A stretch of 64,000 nt of DNA from NCBI GenBank assembly GCA_965216565.1, contig OZ244170.1, positions 1,344,001 through 1,408,000 of the forward strand, given 5' to 3'. This document shows positions 50,634 through 60,151 of the stretch, piece after piece (within the stretch, counting starts at the first letter, position 1; every line of letters begins with the position of its first letter). This DNA comes from Bythopirellula sp. (GTDB taxonomy: Bacteria > Planctomycetota > Planctomycetia > Pirellulales > Lacipirellulaceae). The position numbers and the translations under genes were made by a program. The notes beneath the pieces were generated by a model. It saw only the letters and a program-made list of their open reading frames with translations. It ran no database searches and had not been told where the DNA came from.

Positions 50634-51776
50634 ATGCTCAAGTTTATACCGTACGTACTGAAAAGCCTCTGGCGACACCGTACTCGCACTCTGCTCACCG
50701 TCAGTGGAACCGCAGTGGCACTGCTGGTGTTTTGTTTCATCGGTGCCGTTCAACAGGGGCTGTTGGCACTTACCGCAGGCGAGGATGCTGGGCGGACTCT
50801 GGTAGTTTTTCAAGAAAACCGCTTCTGTCCACAAAGTAGTCGGTTACCGCAAGACTACGAAAGCACAATAGCGAAATTATCAGGCGTGCAAGCTGTGGTG
50901 CCAATCAAGGTGTTTACCAATAACTGCCGAGCCAGCCTCGATGCGATTGTGTTTCAGGGTCTCCTCCCCACACAACTTAAAGCAAGACGAGAACTCAATC
51001 TTACGAAGGGTGACTGGTCTACCTTTGAGCAGCAAGATGACGCGGCGTTTGTTGGTTTAGATGTCGCTACTAGGCGTCGTTTGAATGTTGGTGACAAGTT
51101 CACTATCGGTGACATATCAGTTGTGGTTCGCGGGATTTTTGAGTCTCCAGTTGCCGCCGAGAATAATTTGATTTTTACTCATCTTGAATTCCTGCAGCGG
51201 GCACGTGGTGCCAACGATGTTGGCACGGTCACTCAACTCGAAGTGCATCTAAGCGACACTGCCGACCCCGATGCCTTAGCAAAACAGATAGACCAAGAGT
51301 TTCGCGGAGGTCCGGTAGCGACTACGACTCGAACCAAGGGCATGTTTCAAGCAGACACACTTGCCGACCTTGCAGAACTCATTGGATTCGTCCATTGGCT
51401 CGGCTATGCGTGCGTTGGTTTAGTGCTGTCGCTGGTAGCCACTACCACAGTGATGTCGGTGCAAGACCGCATCAAAGAGCATGCCGTCCTGCAAACGCTG
51501 GGCTTGCGTCCACTGCGAGTATTTCGCTTGGTATTGGTCGAAAGTTTACTGCTCAGCACCCTGGGCGGAATCTTGGGCGTTGCTGGAAGTGCGTTACTAC
51601 TGTCGTCGTCAGGAATGTCTGTAGCGGCTGAGGGAGTCACAATCTCTTTTGAACCATCGTTCACGCTGGCAATCCAAGGTATCCTTGTGGCGATTCTGGT
51701 AGGACTCCTAGCAGGGCTTGCTCCCGGATGGCACGCCTCACGAACTGAAATAGTACCCGCATTACGTCATGCTTAG
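50634..51776 (+). CDS. Second MacB/FtsX-type ABC permease
   Basis: [23 protein letters not shown]; two periplasmic Cys (RFCP, NNCR). Confidence 0.9.
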   Translation: MLKFIPYVLKSLWRHRTRTLLTVSGTAVALLVFCFIGAVQQGLLALTAGEDAGRTLVVFQENRFCPQSSRLPQDYESTIAKLSGVQAVVPIKVFTNNCRASLDAIVFQGLLPTQLKARRELNLTKGDWSTFEQQDDAAFVGLDVATRRRLNVGDKFTIGDISVVVRGIFESPVAAENNLIFTHLEFLQRARGANDVGTVTQLEVHLSDTADPDALAKQIDQEFRGGPVATTTRTKGMFQADTLADLAELIGFVHWLGYACVGLVLSLVATTTVMSVQDRIKEHAVLQTLGLRPLRVFRLVLVESLLLSTLGGILGVAGSALLLSSSGMSVAAEGVTISFEPSFTLAIQGILVAILVGLLAGLAPGWHASRTEIVPALRHA

Positions 51777-51841
51777 ATGCACTGCCCAGGGGCGTGCAAT
51801 CTTGGCAAAAACTTAATTGTGATTTGAAGAGGAGGTCAGGG

Positions 51842-53260
51842 ATGACCCGACTGAATATATGCATGGCGTTTGGAGTGCTAATAGCAACAATCGGTTGTGC
51901 TTCTTCGCCTCAGCCAACTGAGAAGCTGCTAGATTCCTCCGCAAATCCGAAAAGTGATAGTGGCCCTATTGTCTCTCAGGTCGACTACGAAGAGCCACTT
52001 GCGGCTGAATTGCTCCAACCGCCAAAGGTTGTCGAACCGTTGGAAAGCAATCCGCGAGTCGATGCCTTGCCACAGGTTCCGCAGGCAGAAACTCTCACGC
52101 TAGAGGCATTGGAGCAACTCGCACTTGCAAATAGCCCGGCGATTGCTCAGCAGAACGCCCGTGTTAGTGCGTTACGTGGCAAGTGGGTGCAAGTTGGTTT
52201 GGCCCCAAATCCAACCGTGGGATACGTCGCAGGTGAGGTCGGTAACGATGGGGCTGCTGGACAACAGGGCGGCTTTGTTGGACAAAACTTCATCACAGGC
52301 AAGAAACTTCAGCGTAATCGAGCAATCGTCGCGGCAGAAATTGCCCAAGCTGAGCAGGAGCTTGCCGCTGTTCAAAGAAGAGTCACGTCCGATGTGCGAC
52401 ATGGATACTATGGTGCTTTGCTGGCTCAACGCAGAGTGAATTTGGCTGATGAATTGGTGCACGTAACGAGCGAAGCAGTTGAGGCCTCCAAGGCGTTGTA
52501 TGAGGCAGAGGAAGTTCCGTTGGCAGGTCTGTTGCAGACGGAGGTGCAGCAGCAAAAGGCTCAGTTGCTACTCAGGACTGCTCAAAACGGCTTCGACCAA
52601 GCTTGGAGAATGCTGTCTACAATTACCGGTAGCTCAGAATTGCAGGCACAACCGCTCGTCGGAGATATTGACGAAATTCCAGAATCAATCGAATGGGAGC
52701 ATCAACTTGCTCGACTGAAAACTGAAAGTCCCGAAGTTGCCATTGCAATGGCTAACGTAGACCGGGCTCGTCATGCATTGAATCGTGCGTGCGTTGATGC
52801 GGTTCCTGACATTAGCACGCAGCTCAGCGTGCAGTACGATGATTCCACAAACGATACAATTGCAGGCGTACAGATTGGTTTGCCCATTCCGCTCTGGAAT
52901 CGCAACCAAGGTGGAATCCGTCAAGCTCAGGCTGAGGTCAGCGAAGCAATACGCAACGTTGACCGAGTGGAGTTGGACCTGCAACGAAGGCTAGCCGACG
53001 CTTTCCAACAATACGCTGATGCCTACGTGACCACTGACAGCTACGCACGCAACATTTTACCTCGTGCGTTGCGGACCTTTGAGTTGGTCCAGCAAGGCTA
53101 TCGCCAGGGGGAAGTAGGTTATTTAGATGTACTGGCGGCTCAGCAAACCTTTGCACAGACCAACCTTGCATATCTTGATGCACTTAGTTCGCTTTGGAGA
53201 ACCTACGTTCTAATCGATGGCCTGCTGCTCGACGGGGGTCTTACTGCACTATCACAGTAA
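51842..53260 (+). CDS. TolC-family outer membrane protein (lipoprotein)
   Basis: GAGGAGG RBS; IGC lipobox; ANSPAI, GLAPNP, LPIPLWNRNQG. Confidence 0.88.
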   Translation: MTRLNICMAFGVLIATIGCASSPQPTEKLLDSSANPKSDSGPIVSQVDYEEPLAAELLQPPKVVEPLESNPRVDALPQVPQAETLTLEALEQLALANSPAIAQQNARVSALRGKWVQVGLAPNPTVGYVAGEVGNDGAAGQQGGFVGQNFITGKKLQRNRAIVAAEIAQAEQELAAVQRRVTSDVRHGYYGALLAQRRVNLADELVHVTSEAVEASKALYEAEEVPLAGLLQTEVQQQKAQLLLRTAQNGFDQAWRMLSTITGSSELQAQPLVGDIDEIPESIEWEHQLARLKTESPEVAIAMANVDRARHALNRACVDAVPDISTQLSVQYDDSTNDTIAGVQIGLPIPLWNRNQGGIRQAQAEVSEAIRNVDRVELDLQRRLADAFQQYADAYVTTDSYARNILPRALRTFELVQQGYRQGEVGYLDVLAAQQTFAQTNLAYLDALSSLWRTYVLIDGLLLDGGLTALSQ

Positions 53261-53673
53261 TGTTATATGACTCCCCCCATCACTTGCTGCAACTCCCGAA
53301 TCGAACCAAATCCTGCACCCCTCACGGAGCATCGTCTAGTACCTGCAAATGCTTGGATTGAGCAAGCCGTGGCGATTCGTGCAGTTCGATTAGGGCTGCA
53401 GGTTGGACAAACTGACCTCAAAATACAGACTCGCTAATTTGCACAAGTAGAGGAGACCGACGTACTTTAGGAATTTTGCTTCCTGCGTTCGAAGCGAAAC
53501 GCTAAAACACTTTTCCCTATTCTCTAAACCTAGAGCAATGCTGCGTTCTAGTAATGTTCGAATGCAGGCAGATTCAAGCTGCGATTTGGAGTTGTCCCAT
53601 GCTTTTTGGGCAAGGTTCTGTACTGTTCAATCTTAGCCCTCAACTAGTGTGTTTGCTTAACTGACAGGTAAGG

Positions 53674-54093
53674 TCACGACTGCCTAGCAAGCCAGTCTAG
53701 CACCGCCTGCTCAATTATCTCCTGCTGTGACCACGGGGATTTTCCGGCAAGCTTACGTTCCAGCGAAGTTCGCCTTAGTCTGTCAGCTGTTGTCGGCTGA
53801 AATCTAGTAGTGATAGCGACCAGTGGCTGCGAAAGTGCATTTTCTGTTTGGCTAGCGGGACTTTTCTTTTTGGATGCTTTACCTAGCTGTGGAGTTTTTG
53901 GCTTTGCAGGCAGTTTCTCTACGCTGGCAACTGCGGGGGCACTTTCAGCGACTGGCTTCAATGCGGTGATTGATGGTGCCCCAGACTCTTCAGACAATTT
54001 GTGCCTTTGAGAATTCTTGCTAGGACGAACGAACTCTTCCACTTCTTCGGTGAAGACCAGTGCGGACGATAAACCTCTTCTTGATTTATCCAT
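53674..54093 (-). CDS. Putative small centromere-binding partition protein (ribbon-helix-helix-like C-terminus)
   Basis: Overlaps the parA stop; low-complexity N-terminus followed by LVAITTRF...SQQEIIEQAVLDWL. Confidence 0.65.
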   Translation of the reverse strand: MDKSRRGLSSALVFTEEVEEFVRPSKNSQRHKLSEESGAPSITALKPVAESAPAVASVEKLPAKPKTPQLGKASKKKSPASQTENALSQPLVAITTRFQPTTADRLRRTSLERKLAGKSPWSQQEIIEQAVLDWLARQS

Positions 54094-54751
54094 TGGCAAC
54101 TCTCTTTCTGGTGGTCGGTGCGACTACTGGTAGCAGGGCGAGAATTTCCTCAAACAGAGCTTGGGCGTCCTTGCCTGCTTCGGTTCCAACCATGCGAGTC
54201 ACCACGGTGGCTTGCTGAGCCGAATCTCGAAACGCTTCTAACTCCCTCACCTTTGCCTTGGCAACAGCAATGCCAAGTTGCTGGGCTACGGCGGGCAATT
54301 CACCACTGATTCTGCTGCGTCTTCTAATCTTGTTGCAGACGACAAGCCCTGCTGGTCTCCCGGCATTGATTCTCTGAGCTGTCTTGAGTGTCTTGGTGGC
54401 ATCGACTAGAGAACGTAGGTCGAGTATGGACGGACCAACCGGAAACACTGCCAGGTCAGCCAGCAGCATGAGCGTCCGCGAGGTCTCGTTAATATCTCCA
54501 GGTGAATCACAAATGACAAAGTCAGAGACCCGTTTGAGAGCAAGCAGTCTTTCGGCAGCCACGTCGGGGTCCGTTTCCTTTACGACTTGAATGCTTGGTT
54601 CCGTTTCTGAAACCCATACCGAGGAGGAGGCTTGGTTATCAGAATCGAGTAACGCCACCTTCCGGCCAAGGTCATGCAGGTAAATCGTCAGATGCGCCGA
54701 CAGTGTCGATTTCCCAACTCCCCCTTTTGTGTTCGCAAACAGAATTATCAT
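54086..54751 (-). CDS. parA: Short ParA-family ATPase (type Ib)
   Basis: NTKGGVGKST deviant Walker A, DSDNQ, ICDSPG; no N-terminal HTH. Confidence 0.9.
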   Translation of the reverse strand: MIILFANTKGGVGKSTLSAHLTIYLHDLGRKVALLDSDNQASSSVWVSETEPSIQVVKETDPDVAAERLLALKRVSDFVICDSPGDINETSRTLMLLADLAVFPVGPSILDLRSLVDATKTLKTAQRINAGRPAGLVVCNKIRRRSRISGELPAVAQQLGIAVAKAKVRELEAFRDSAQQATVVTRMVGTEAGKDAQALFEEILALLPVVAPTTRKRVANG

Positions 54752-54805
54752 AGGGCGACGATATCGTGAATTCTCCGAAGCTGGCAAGTAGGTTTCTTTG
54801 CCTGT

Positions 54806-54846
54806 TTGCAACGTTGCAAGATTGCTTACAAGCAAGCTTGTAAGCA
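54806..54846. promoter_or_regulatory. Putative parS/operator upstream of parA
   Basis: Perfect palindrome TTGCAACGTTGCAA (54806-54819) and perfect IR TGCTTACAAGC-AA-GCTTGTAAGCA (54823-54846). Confidence 0.6.
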
Positions 54847-55172
54847 TTTGAAGGTAGACACTCCTCGGCCTTCGCCTCGGTCAGCACTTCCTGCGGGCTG
54901 ACTACCGTCAAATCACGACGAGGTTTACCGACACGAGCAAATTGTGCCACGAGATACCCAGAGGGTAGGTCCATGCCTTCCGACACTCAGAAGCGAAATA
55001 CGACGGCCTTGATTTCGGCAGGAGTTGGGCCTGGTTTGCCATATCCACTACCAACTTTGCGAGCCGGGGTCACTTGGCGAGCAACCCCACAGGCATCATT
55101 TCAAAAAAAATTCCTGCTCGACTGAAGTGAGGCTTGAGGTTCCGTGTTTTGGCCAAGGCTCCCCGATAAGCC

Positions 55173-55365
55173 GTTTAGAATTGTTTAGAGAATAGTTTAA
55201 GAGAGTTTACGGCTGGCAACTCGCTGAAGTGGCTGGGGAATCGGCGAGTTGGGTACCCTTATCCCACGTGACAGGGTACCGTATCCCCACGAACCGCGAG
55301 TACCTTGATACCCCGTGCGGTGGGTACCGTAATCCCACGCGGCAAAACTTTGTGCCTGTGGATAA
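55173..55365. other. Putative iteron-type replication origin (oriV)
   Basis: AT-rich GTTTA repeats at 55173/55183/55195/55205; four G(G/A)GTACC...CCC.CG iterons at 55251, 55274, 55298, 55322; perfect DnaA box TGTGGATAA at 55357-55365. Confidence 0.8.
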
Positions 55366-55375
55366 CTTTTTGGTG

Positions 55376-56434
55376 TTAGCGAGCGGCGATAGGGTTACTC
55401 GCAGCGTGTTTTTTACAGAAGCCGATAAAGGCCGCCTCGGGAGACTCGAGTTTTGTTTGCCGCTTGGCATTGAACTCTTTCCACATCTCATGAAGAACAT
55501 AGACATCGTAGCCCCCAGAGACTTTCCTTGCCTTCTCAAAGGCATCTGTGGACAGACTCAGGAATTGCATTGCTTGCTGAGTCGGTGGAGCTGATGCGGC
55601 AGCCGTACTCAGCAGTTTCCCAACCTTCACCGCATGGATGTACTGCTGACGATTGGAAGTTTCCAAGGTGAGCTTGTAATCCAGCAAGATGCCTTGCTTA
55701 ACAATTTTTCGTATGTCTTCCGCAAATCTCTTGTAAGGCCTCAACGTACCCGAACGTTCATGCAGGGTGCGAAGGTTCCATCGCCAGCCCTTGGCGTTTG
55801 CACCTGCACTTTTTCTGAGGAGCCGATAGAGCCAGCGTGCGTAGCCACTTTGGAGGAGAAAGTAATCGGGATGCAGCGTCAGCACCATCTTTCGGTCACA
55901 AACGGCATCATAGAGCCATTCCGGCAGCACGACCGTAGCGGCAATAAAGTTTGCTTTCTCGTCCCGCTCGACGTTGGCGTACTCGAACCAATTGAACATC
56001 GTCATTGGACGACTAGTCGCTCTCAAGTTCGTGGTAATCGTCGTATTCTTGAGCCGAGCAATCGTTTTGACCAAGCGTTTGTACTCGTCTCCTCCAGTAT
56101 GCCTGCGGACCGCCTTAAGATACCCGTAGCGAGTGAAGCGGATTTTTCGGGAGACTTCTTGTCCCTTGTTGATTGCTTGACGCAGCTGAGACAATAGCCA
56201 GATTACCAAGTCATAGTCCCAGATATTGGCAATGCCGAAGGGCTCGCCTCCCGACACAATCACTTCCACGCCGTTAGGACTCGTGTACTCAATAGGTCTG
56301 AAACGTGGCTTCTTCGAGAGGCTCAAGAAAGGAAACTCCATCGTTTCGCGTGCATCTCGGGAAGCAATATCTGTGAAGATTGCGGAAAAGAGTTCTAGTT
56401 GAGCATCCTGAGGAGGTGGTTTACGAAGCGTCAT
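55376..56434 (-). CDS. repA: Plasmid-type replication initiator protein A (RPA family); start uncertain
   Basis: QLELF...MEFPFLSLSK, GIANIWDYDLVIW, LTLHPDYFLL..G.ARWLYRLLRK, LHERSG, PEAAFIGFCK. Confidence 0.85.
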   Translation of the reverse strand: MTLRKPPPQDAQLELFSAIFTDIASRDARETMEFPFLSLSKKPRFRPIEYTSPNGVEVIVSGGEPFGIANIWDYDLVIWLLSQLRQAINKGQEVSRKIRFTRYGYLKAVRRHTGGDEYKRLVKTIARLKNTTITTNLRATSRPMTMFNWFEYANVERDEKANFIAATVVLPEWLYDAVCDRKMVLTLHPDYFLLQSGYARWLYRLLRKSAGANAKGWRWNLRTLHERSGTLRPYKRFAEDIRKIVKQGILLDYKLTLETSNRQQYIHAVKVGKLLSTAAASAPPTQQAMQFLSLSTDAFEKARKVSGGYDVYVLHEMWKEFNAKRQTKLESPEAAFIGFCKKHAASNPIAAR

Positions 56435-56740
56435 ATCTCCGTGCATAGCACGTCTTGATATTCCGCGTCCACTATTTTCTACGGTCCTGAATAACCACAA
56501 CTCTGCGAATGCTCGAGTCTTCCTTCGTCGGCCTGTCATCGTCGGGGCTGCACCCACGGTCTGAGCCTCGACGATGATGGGACGTAAGAAGGAAGACGCT
56601 ACCGTCCGAACTCAACGCAGTCTCTGTGTTCTGGTTAGAACTTCCTTTGTTGGTCAGATTCAGAAGGGGTTTGTAAAAAAAAACTTGGAGCAGCAAGCTG
56701 CATCCAACTCAAGAAACGGGTTCCTCTTCTCTGTGTGTGC

Positions 56741-56770
56741 AAAAAAATGCGGGGCGATTTCTCGCCCCGC
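56741..56770 (-). terminator. Intrinsic terminator downstream of the 56794-57060 gene
   Basis: Minus strand GCGGGGCGA-GAAA-TCGCCCCGC followed by A and a T7 run. Confidence 0.8.
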
Positions 56771-56793
56771 TGGGGTGGAGTACCCCGTTAGCC

Positions 56794-57060
56794 TTAGCTC
56801 TTCTTATCAGTTGCTGTTTGCTCGAACATCCAGGTTTGGGCAAGGTCAGCTACTTTGCCAAGGAGCAGCAAGTCGTCTCTTCCAAACGAATCACTTTCTC
56901 TCCAACCCTTGTCCTCTTTGGTACGCTTATCCTCCGCTAAGCGGTAAATGCGTGTGAGCACAGCGTTGTAGCGTTGTCCGTTCTGCGTGTCGTTGGCCCA
57001 GATGGTCGCCTTGATGGAGCCAAGTCGGATTTCGTGGGCTGGTTTTTTCTTGTCGTTCAT
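56794..57060 (-). CDS. Small protein, putative PC4-like ssDNA-binding fold
   Basis: AAAGGAG RBS; PAHEIRLGSIKATIW.N...R.Y...W..S.SFGRDDL pattern. Confidence 0.75.
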   Translation of the reverse strand: MNDKKKPAHEIRLGSIKATIWANDTQNGQRYNAVLTRIYRLAEDKRTKEDKGWRESDSFGRDDLLLLGKVADLAQTWMFEQTATDKKS

Positions 57061-57329
57061 TTTGTTTTCTCCTTTGAGGTTTGGCGAAATTGCCTTTCAC
57101 AGAAACCAAGGCAATTGGCAGCAGAAACTCAAATGCAGGAGAAAGCGACCGAGTGAACGCCAACTGAAAAATCGCCTCGAAACTGACGTGCAACTCTTCA
57201 AGACATCTGGGCAAAGTGACATACGCCAGGGCCACGCACACTGTTTAACGCATTGGCTAGCCGGGGATGCTACTCAAGAGAATTAGGTCGGGAGAGAAAT
57301 GCCAGAGTTGGAGACGTCTTCATGCCTCC

Positions 57330-58880
57330 TGCAAGTAGCCGTAATGGCTCCCTGAAATTGGATTTCAAACAGTGTTTGCTTAGAAAGCTTCGAACGGGGT
57401 AATATCTGAGCCCTGCGGATGAAATAGACTGCCGCAATTGTTGGTATTCACTAAAACGTGAAACCACCTTTTGACGACGAACAGAGACGCGGTAAAGCTG
57501 GCTATCAACCAGCCTAAGCGTATTTGGGGTTCATCTCCCAAGGATTTTCTGTCGTTGGTAGAGCTGAGTGCATCGAAAGGTGCTCGCTCATGCTCGACGG
57601 TGGCTTGTTGAACTAATACCACTGCCTTTGTATGGCAGAGGAGTAATCTCAACATTCTAACCGATACGGCCATGCTCAGCATGGGCGAACAATAATGCGG
57701 GCGACACTGAAAGACTCTTGTTTGTTTTGTATTCAAATGAGAGCCGTCGTTCGAGAATTGGTGAGGCTTGGCGAGAGCCGAGCGCAATCCATCTGAGGGG
57801 AATGATGGGGTCACTGACCTCCTTTAACCTCAGCCGTCGCAGGGAGCTGCTCACTAGTGATAGTGAGTATCGGGGCAAGATTAGCCTCGGCGTTCTGGAG
57901 AAATGCCAGACGGTGAATAGCTCAACTGTAATAGGCTCGCAAGGGCTTGATGGTAAGTATAGAAAAAGTGCTTAGCCAAGAATGCTTGCTGCAGGCCGAT
58001 AGGCTGTCAGCAAGTGGCGAACAACCAAGTAAACGCAGTAAGTTCTCTTTGTGTGTTTTCGGAACTGAAAGCGAGCTGGTGTTATGAACCAGTTTGGTGA
58101 GTGGCATGGTGGGGACACCATGTACAGTTTACTTCTGGGGTTGCGACCCCATACGGTCTGCGTAAGCTAGCCAGCAGATTTTCTATGCAACTCGTTCGAC
58201 TAAAGTGGGAAGCTCTCTTGCTGCCGCTAGTGATGTAGCGGTGCGTTGTCTAGTCAACAACGTGTCAGAAACCGTCTCTCTTTGGAGTGCGGGCAAAGCA
58301 GGAGAGTGGGAGTGGGCTGCAAGTAGAAGAGCAATCAACACGGAGGAAACTCGGTGCGTGAGAGCTGCGGTGTTTTGGCTGGCAGTCAAGACCCGTTTCG
58401 GTTCTGGGGTGATGCCCAGAGCGGTAACGAACGACGAAAGCAGCGACCGACCAGTGGGGCTTGCCCCGAGGTCGTCAAAAGGTGATGGGCTAGGGTTTGG
58501 TTCACACCAGACCCTAGCCGCTGTGGTGGCGTGTTAGGCGGATAAAAAAGACGAGCTAGGGATAGCTTGTGTTTTTTGTCAGTGAAGAAACAAGGGAGAG
58601 GAGAGGTTCGCTTTGCGAACAAATCTTTTCCCTAATAAAATGAAATGCGTTCAGTGCAATAGAATTGCACTGAAACCAGTTGGAAATACACACGTTTGGC
58701 ACGAGGCCAAACGGTGATTTCTAAAGATGGAGGTTTCCGAAACACGGTTCCGGATGCACCGTGGTGAGGTTCGTTGCAGGATGCAACCAAAGGATTTATC
58801 GATTGACTTGAGCTTGTCACTAAACAGCTCTTCTTCACTTAAGCGGCAGCTCTTGGGTATTGGCTGACGCTCAATTGAGG
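57330..58880 (+). ncRNA. Candidate large structured non-coding RNA (boundaries approximate; possible 3' end near 58577)
   Basis: No credible ORF; more than 25 adjacent stems; G-T pairs and GNRA loops fall on the + strand; long-range closing helices. Confidence 0.6.
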
Positions 58881-58891
58881 AAAGCAAGGCA

Positions 58892-59629
58892 ATGAAAATC
58901 AATCCACACTACAAGTACGTGGCAACAACACGTACGGGCTTCGTGCAGCAGGTCGTTTGCAACTACGTTTGCAACGGCTATCGATTCCACGTCTCTGGAA
59001 AAGTCCCAGCAGGAAAGAATCCAACAGACGTCGATGAGAAGCTGCTCGACCGCTACTCGATACGCAAAACGGACGCTCAGCGTTACCGAGCCAAGCTCCG
59101 AGGGGAGGCTAACATTCAGTACATACGCTTTGAGCGTGATTGGCTGATGCTTGCTACCGAAGGGGAGCATCTATGGAAAAAACTCGAAGGAAAAAAAGAC
59201 AGCAAGGGTAAGAGCAACATCAAGAATTGCTCACGTGGGGAGCCCATCGAGTTTCAGGGCTATTCGATTTATCTCAAAAACGGTCTCTACAAACCGGTTC
59301 GCTGCAGGCGAGATAGAGCAGTGCATGAGCTGGACAATAAGAAGCGGGTGAGGGTGGTCATCGGTCGCGATGCCTTCAAAGACTTGAAGGCAGAGTTTAT
59401 GAGCCTGGCCAAGAAACGAAGTGCCAATTGGATAGCTGCCAAGTTCTGGCACGTGCCGTACGAGCCCTACGCTCCCATACGACAACAACTCTTGAAGATT
59501 CTCTTCTGCGTGAACCAAACACGGAAGAGTCACGGGATGCAAACGATTAGCACGAAAGTGATTCGATTCAAGCGAACAATTGTGAAACCGTTTGAGGAAT
59601 TGCCTGCTGAAAGTGAGGAAGCTGCTTAG
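58892..59629 (+). CDS. Basic protein of unknown function
   Basis: GAGG RBS-like sequence; 245-aa K/R-rich ORF with GFVQQ..Y..GY.F..G..P..K, ANIQYIRF, LATEG.H, PYEPYAPIRQQL. Confidence 0.8.
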   Translation: MKINPHYKYVATTRTGFVQQVVCNYVCNGYRFHVSGKVPAGKNPTDVDEKLLDRYSIRKTDAQRYRAKLRGEANIQYIRFERDWLMLATEGEHLWKKLEGKKDSKGKSNIKNCSRGEPIEFQGYSIYLKNGLYKPVRCRRDRAVHELDNKKRVRVVIGRDAFKDLKAEFMSLAKKRSANWIAAKFWHVPYEPYAPIRQQLLKILFCVNQTRKSHGMQTISTKVIRFKRTIVKPFEELPAESEEAA

Positions 59630-59662
59630 AGTGCAGCATCGCTGCTACACTCTCAAGACTTG

Positions 59663-60004
59663 TTAAGCAGCGGGTTGGTTTGCTGGGAACTCAATTTCTT
59701 CGGCAGTGTCGGATTGCTGGTCAAGCTCGGCTACACGAGTAGCAGCTTTGGCTACGCACTGCTCAAGTTGCTTGAGGTGCTTGGCGTAGAGCCTGGTTGA
59801 GTAGTTGAACTCAGGCTTGTCTCTGTCTGTGCCTGGCCGTGGGTAAGCTCGCTTCACCTCGGCATAGTGCGAAGAGCCTGAAGCGTTGTTAGTCACGTAA
59901 ATGTTGATGCCCGTTGCTCCTTCGCGGACGGTCTCAACGTACTTACTGTTCGTTTGTTTCTCAGTTTTTGCAGTGCTCTTAGAGCTGTTCGATGTGTCTT
60001 CCAT
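59663..60004 (-). CDS. Small protein, divergent relative of 56794-57060
   Basis: GGAGGT RBS; ETVREGATGINIY...KRAY...YS......L..L pattern. Confidence 0.65.
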   Translation of the reverse strand: MEDTSNSSKSTAKTEKQTNSKYVETVREGATGINIYVTNNASGSSHYAEVKRAYPRPGTDRDKPEFNYSTRLYAKHLKQLEQCVAKAATRVAELDQQSDTAEEIEFPANQPAA

Positions 60005-60151
60005 GATATATACCTCCGTCATGATGTGCTGCGGAGTATACGACGAAGCGGAGTCTTACTCAAAAATTTCTCGAGCAGCCGCTTGCAGCGATTTAGGGAC
60101 TGAGTAGAGGAGAGGCCAAGGCGGCGTGCAGCAAAAGCCAAAAACCTCTCA

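Noticed and set aside
55251..55341. CRISPR array
   Set aside because: Repeats of about 18 bp with only 5-6 bp between them, no spacers and no cas genes. Position between a DnaA box and an AT-rich tract fits iterons.
57330..58880. Group II intron, or protein-coding ORFs (57380-57814, 58183-58389, 58205-58537 and others)
   Set aside because: GAGAGCCG at ~57739 is not followed by a domain V hairpin and there is no RT ORF. The short ORFs overlap on both strands and lack recognisable motifs.
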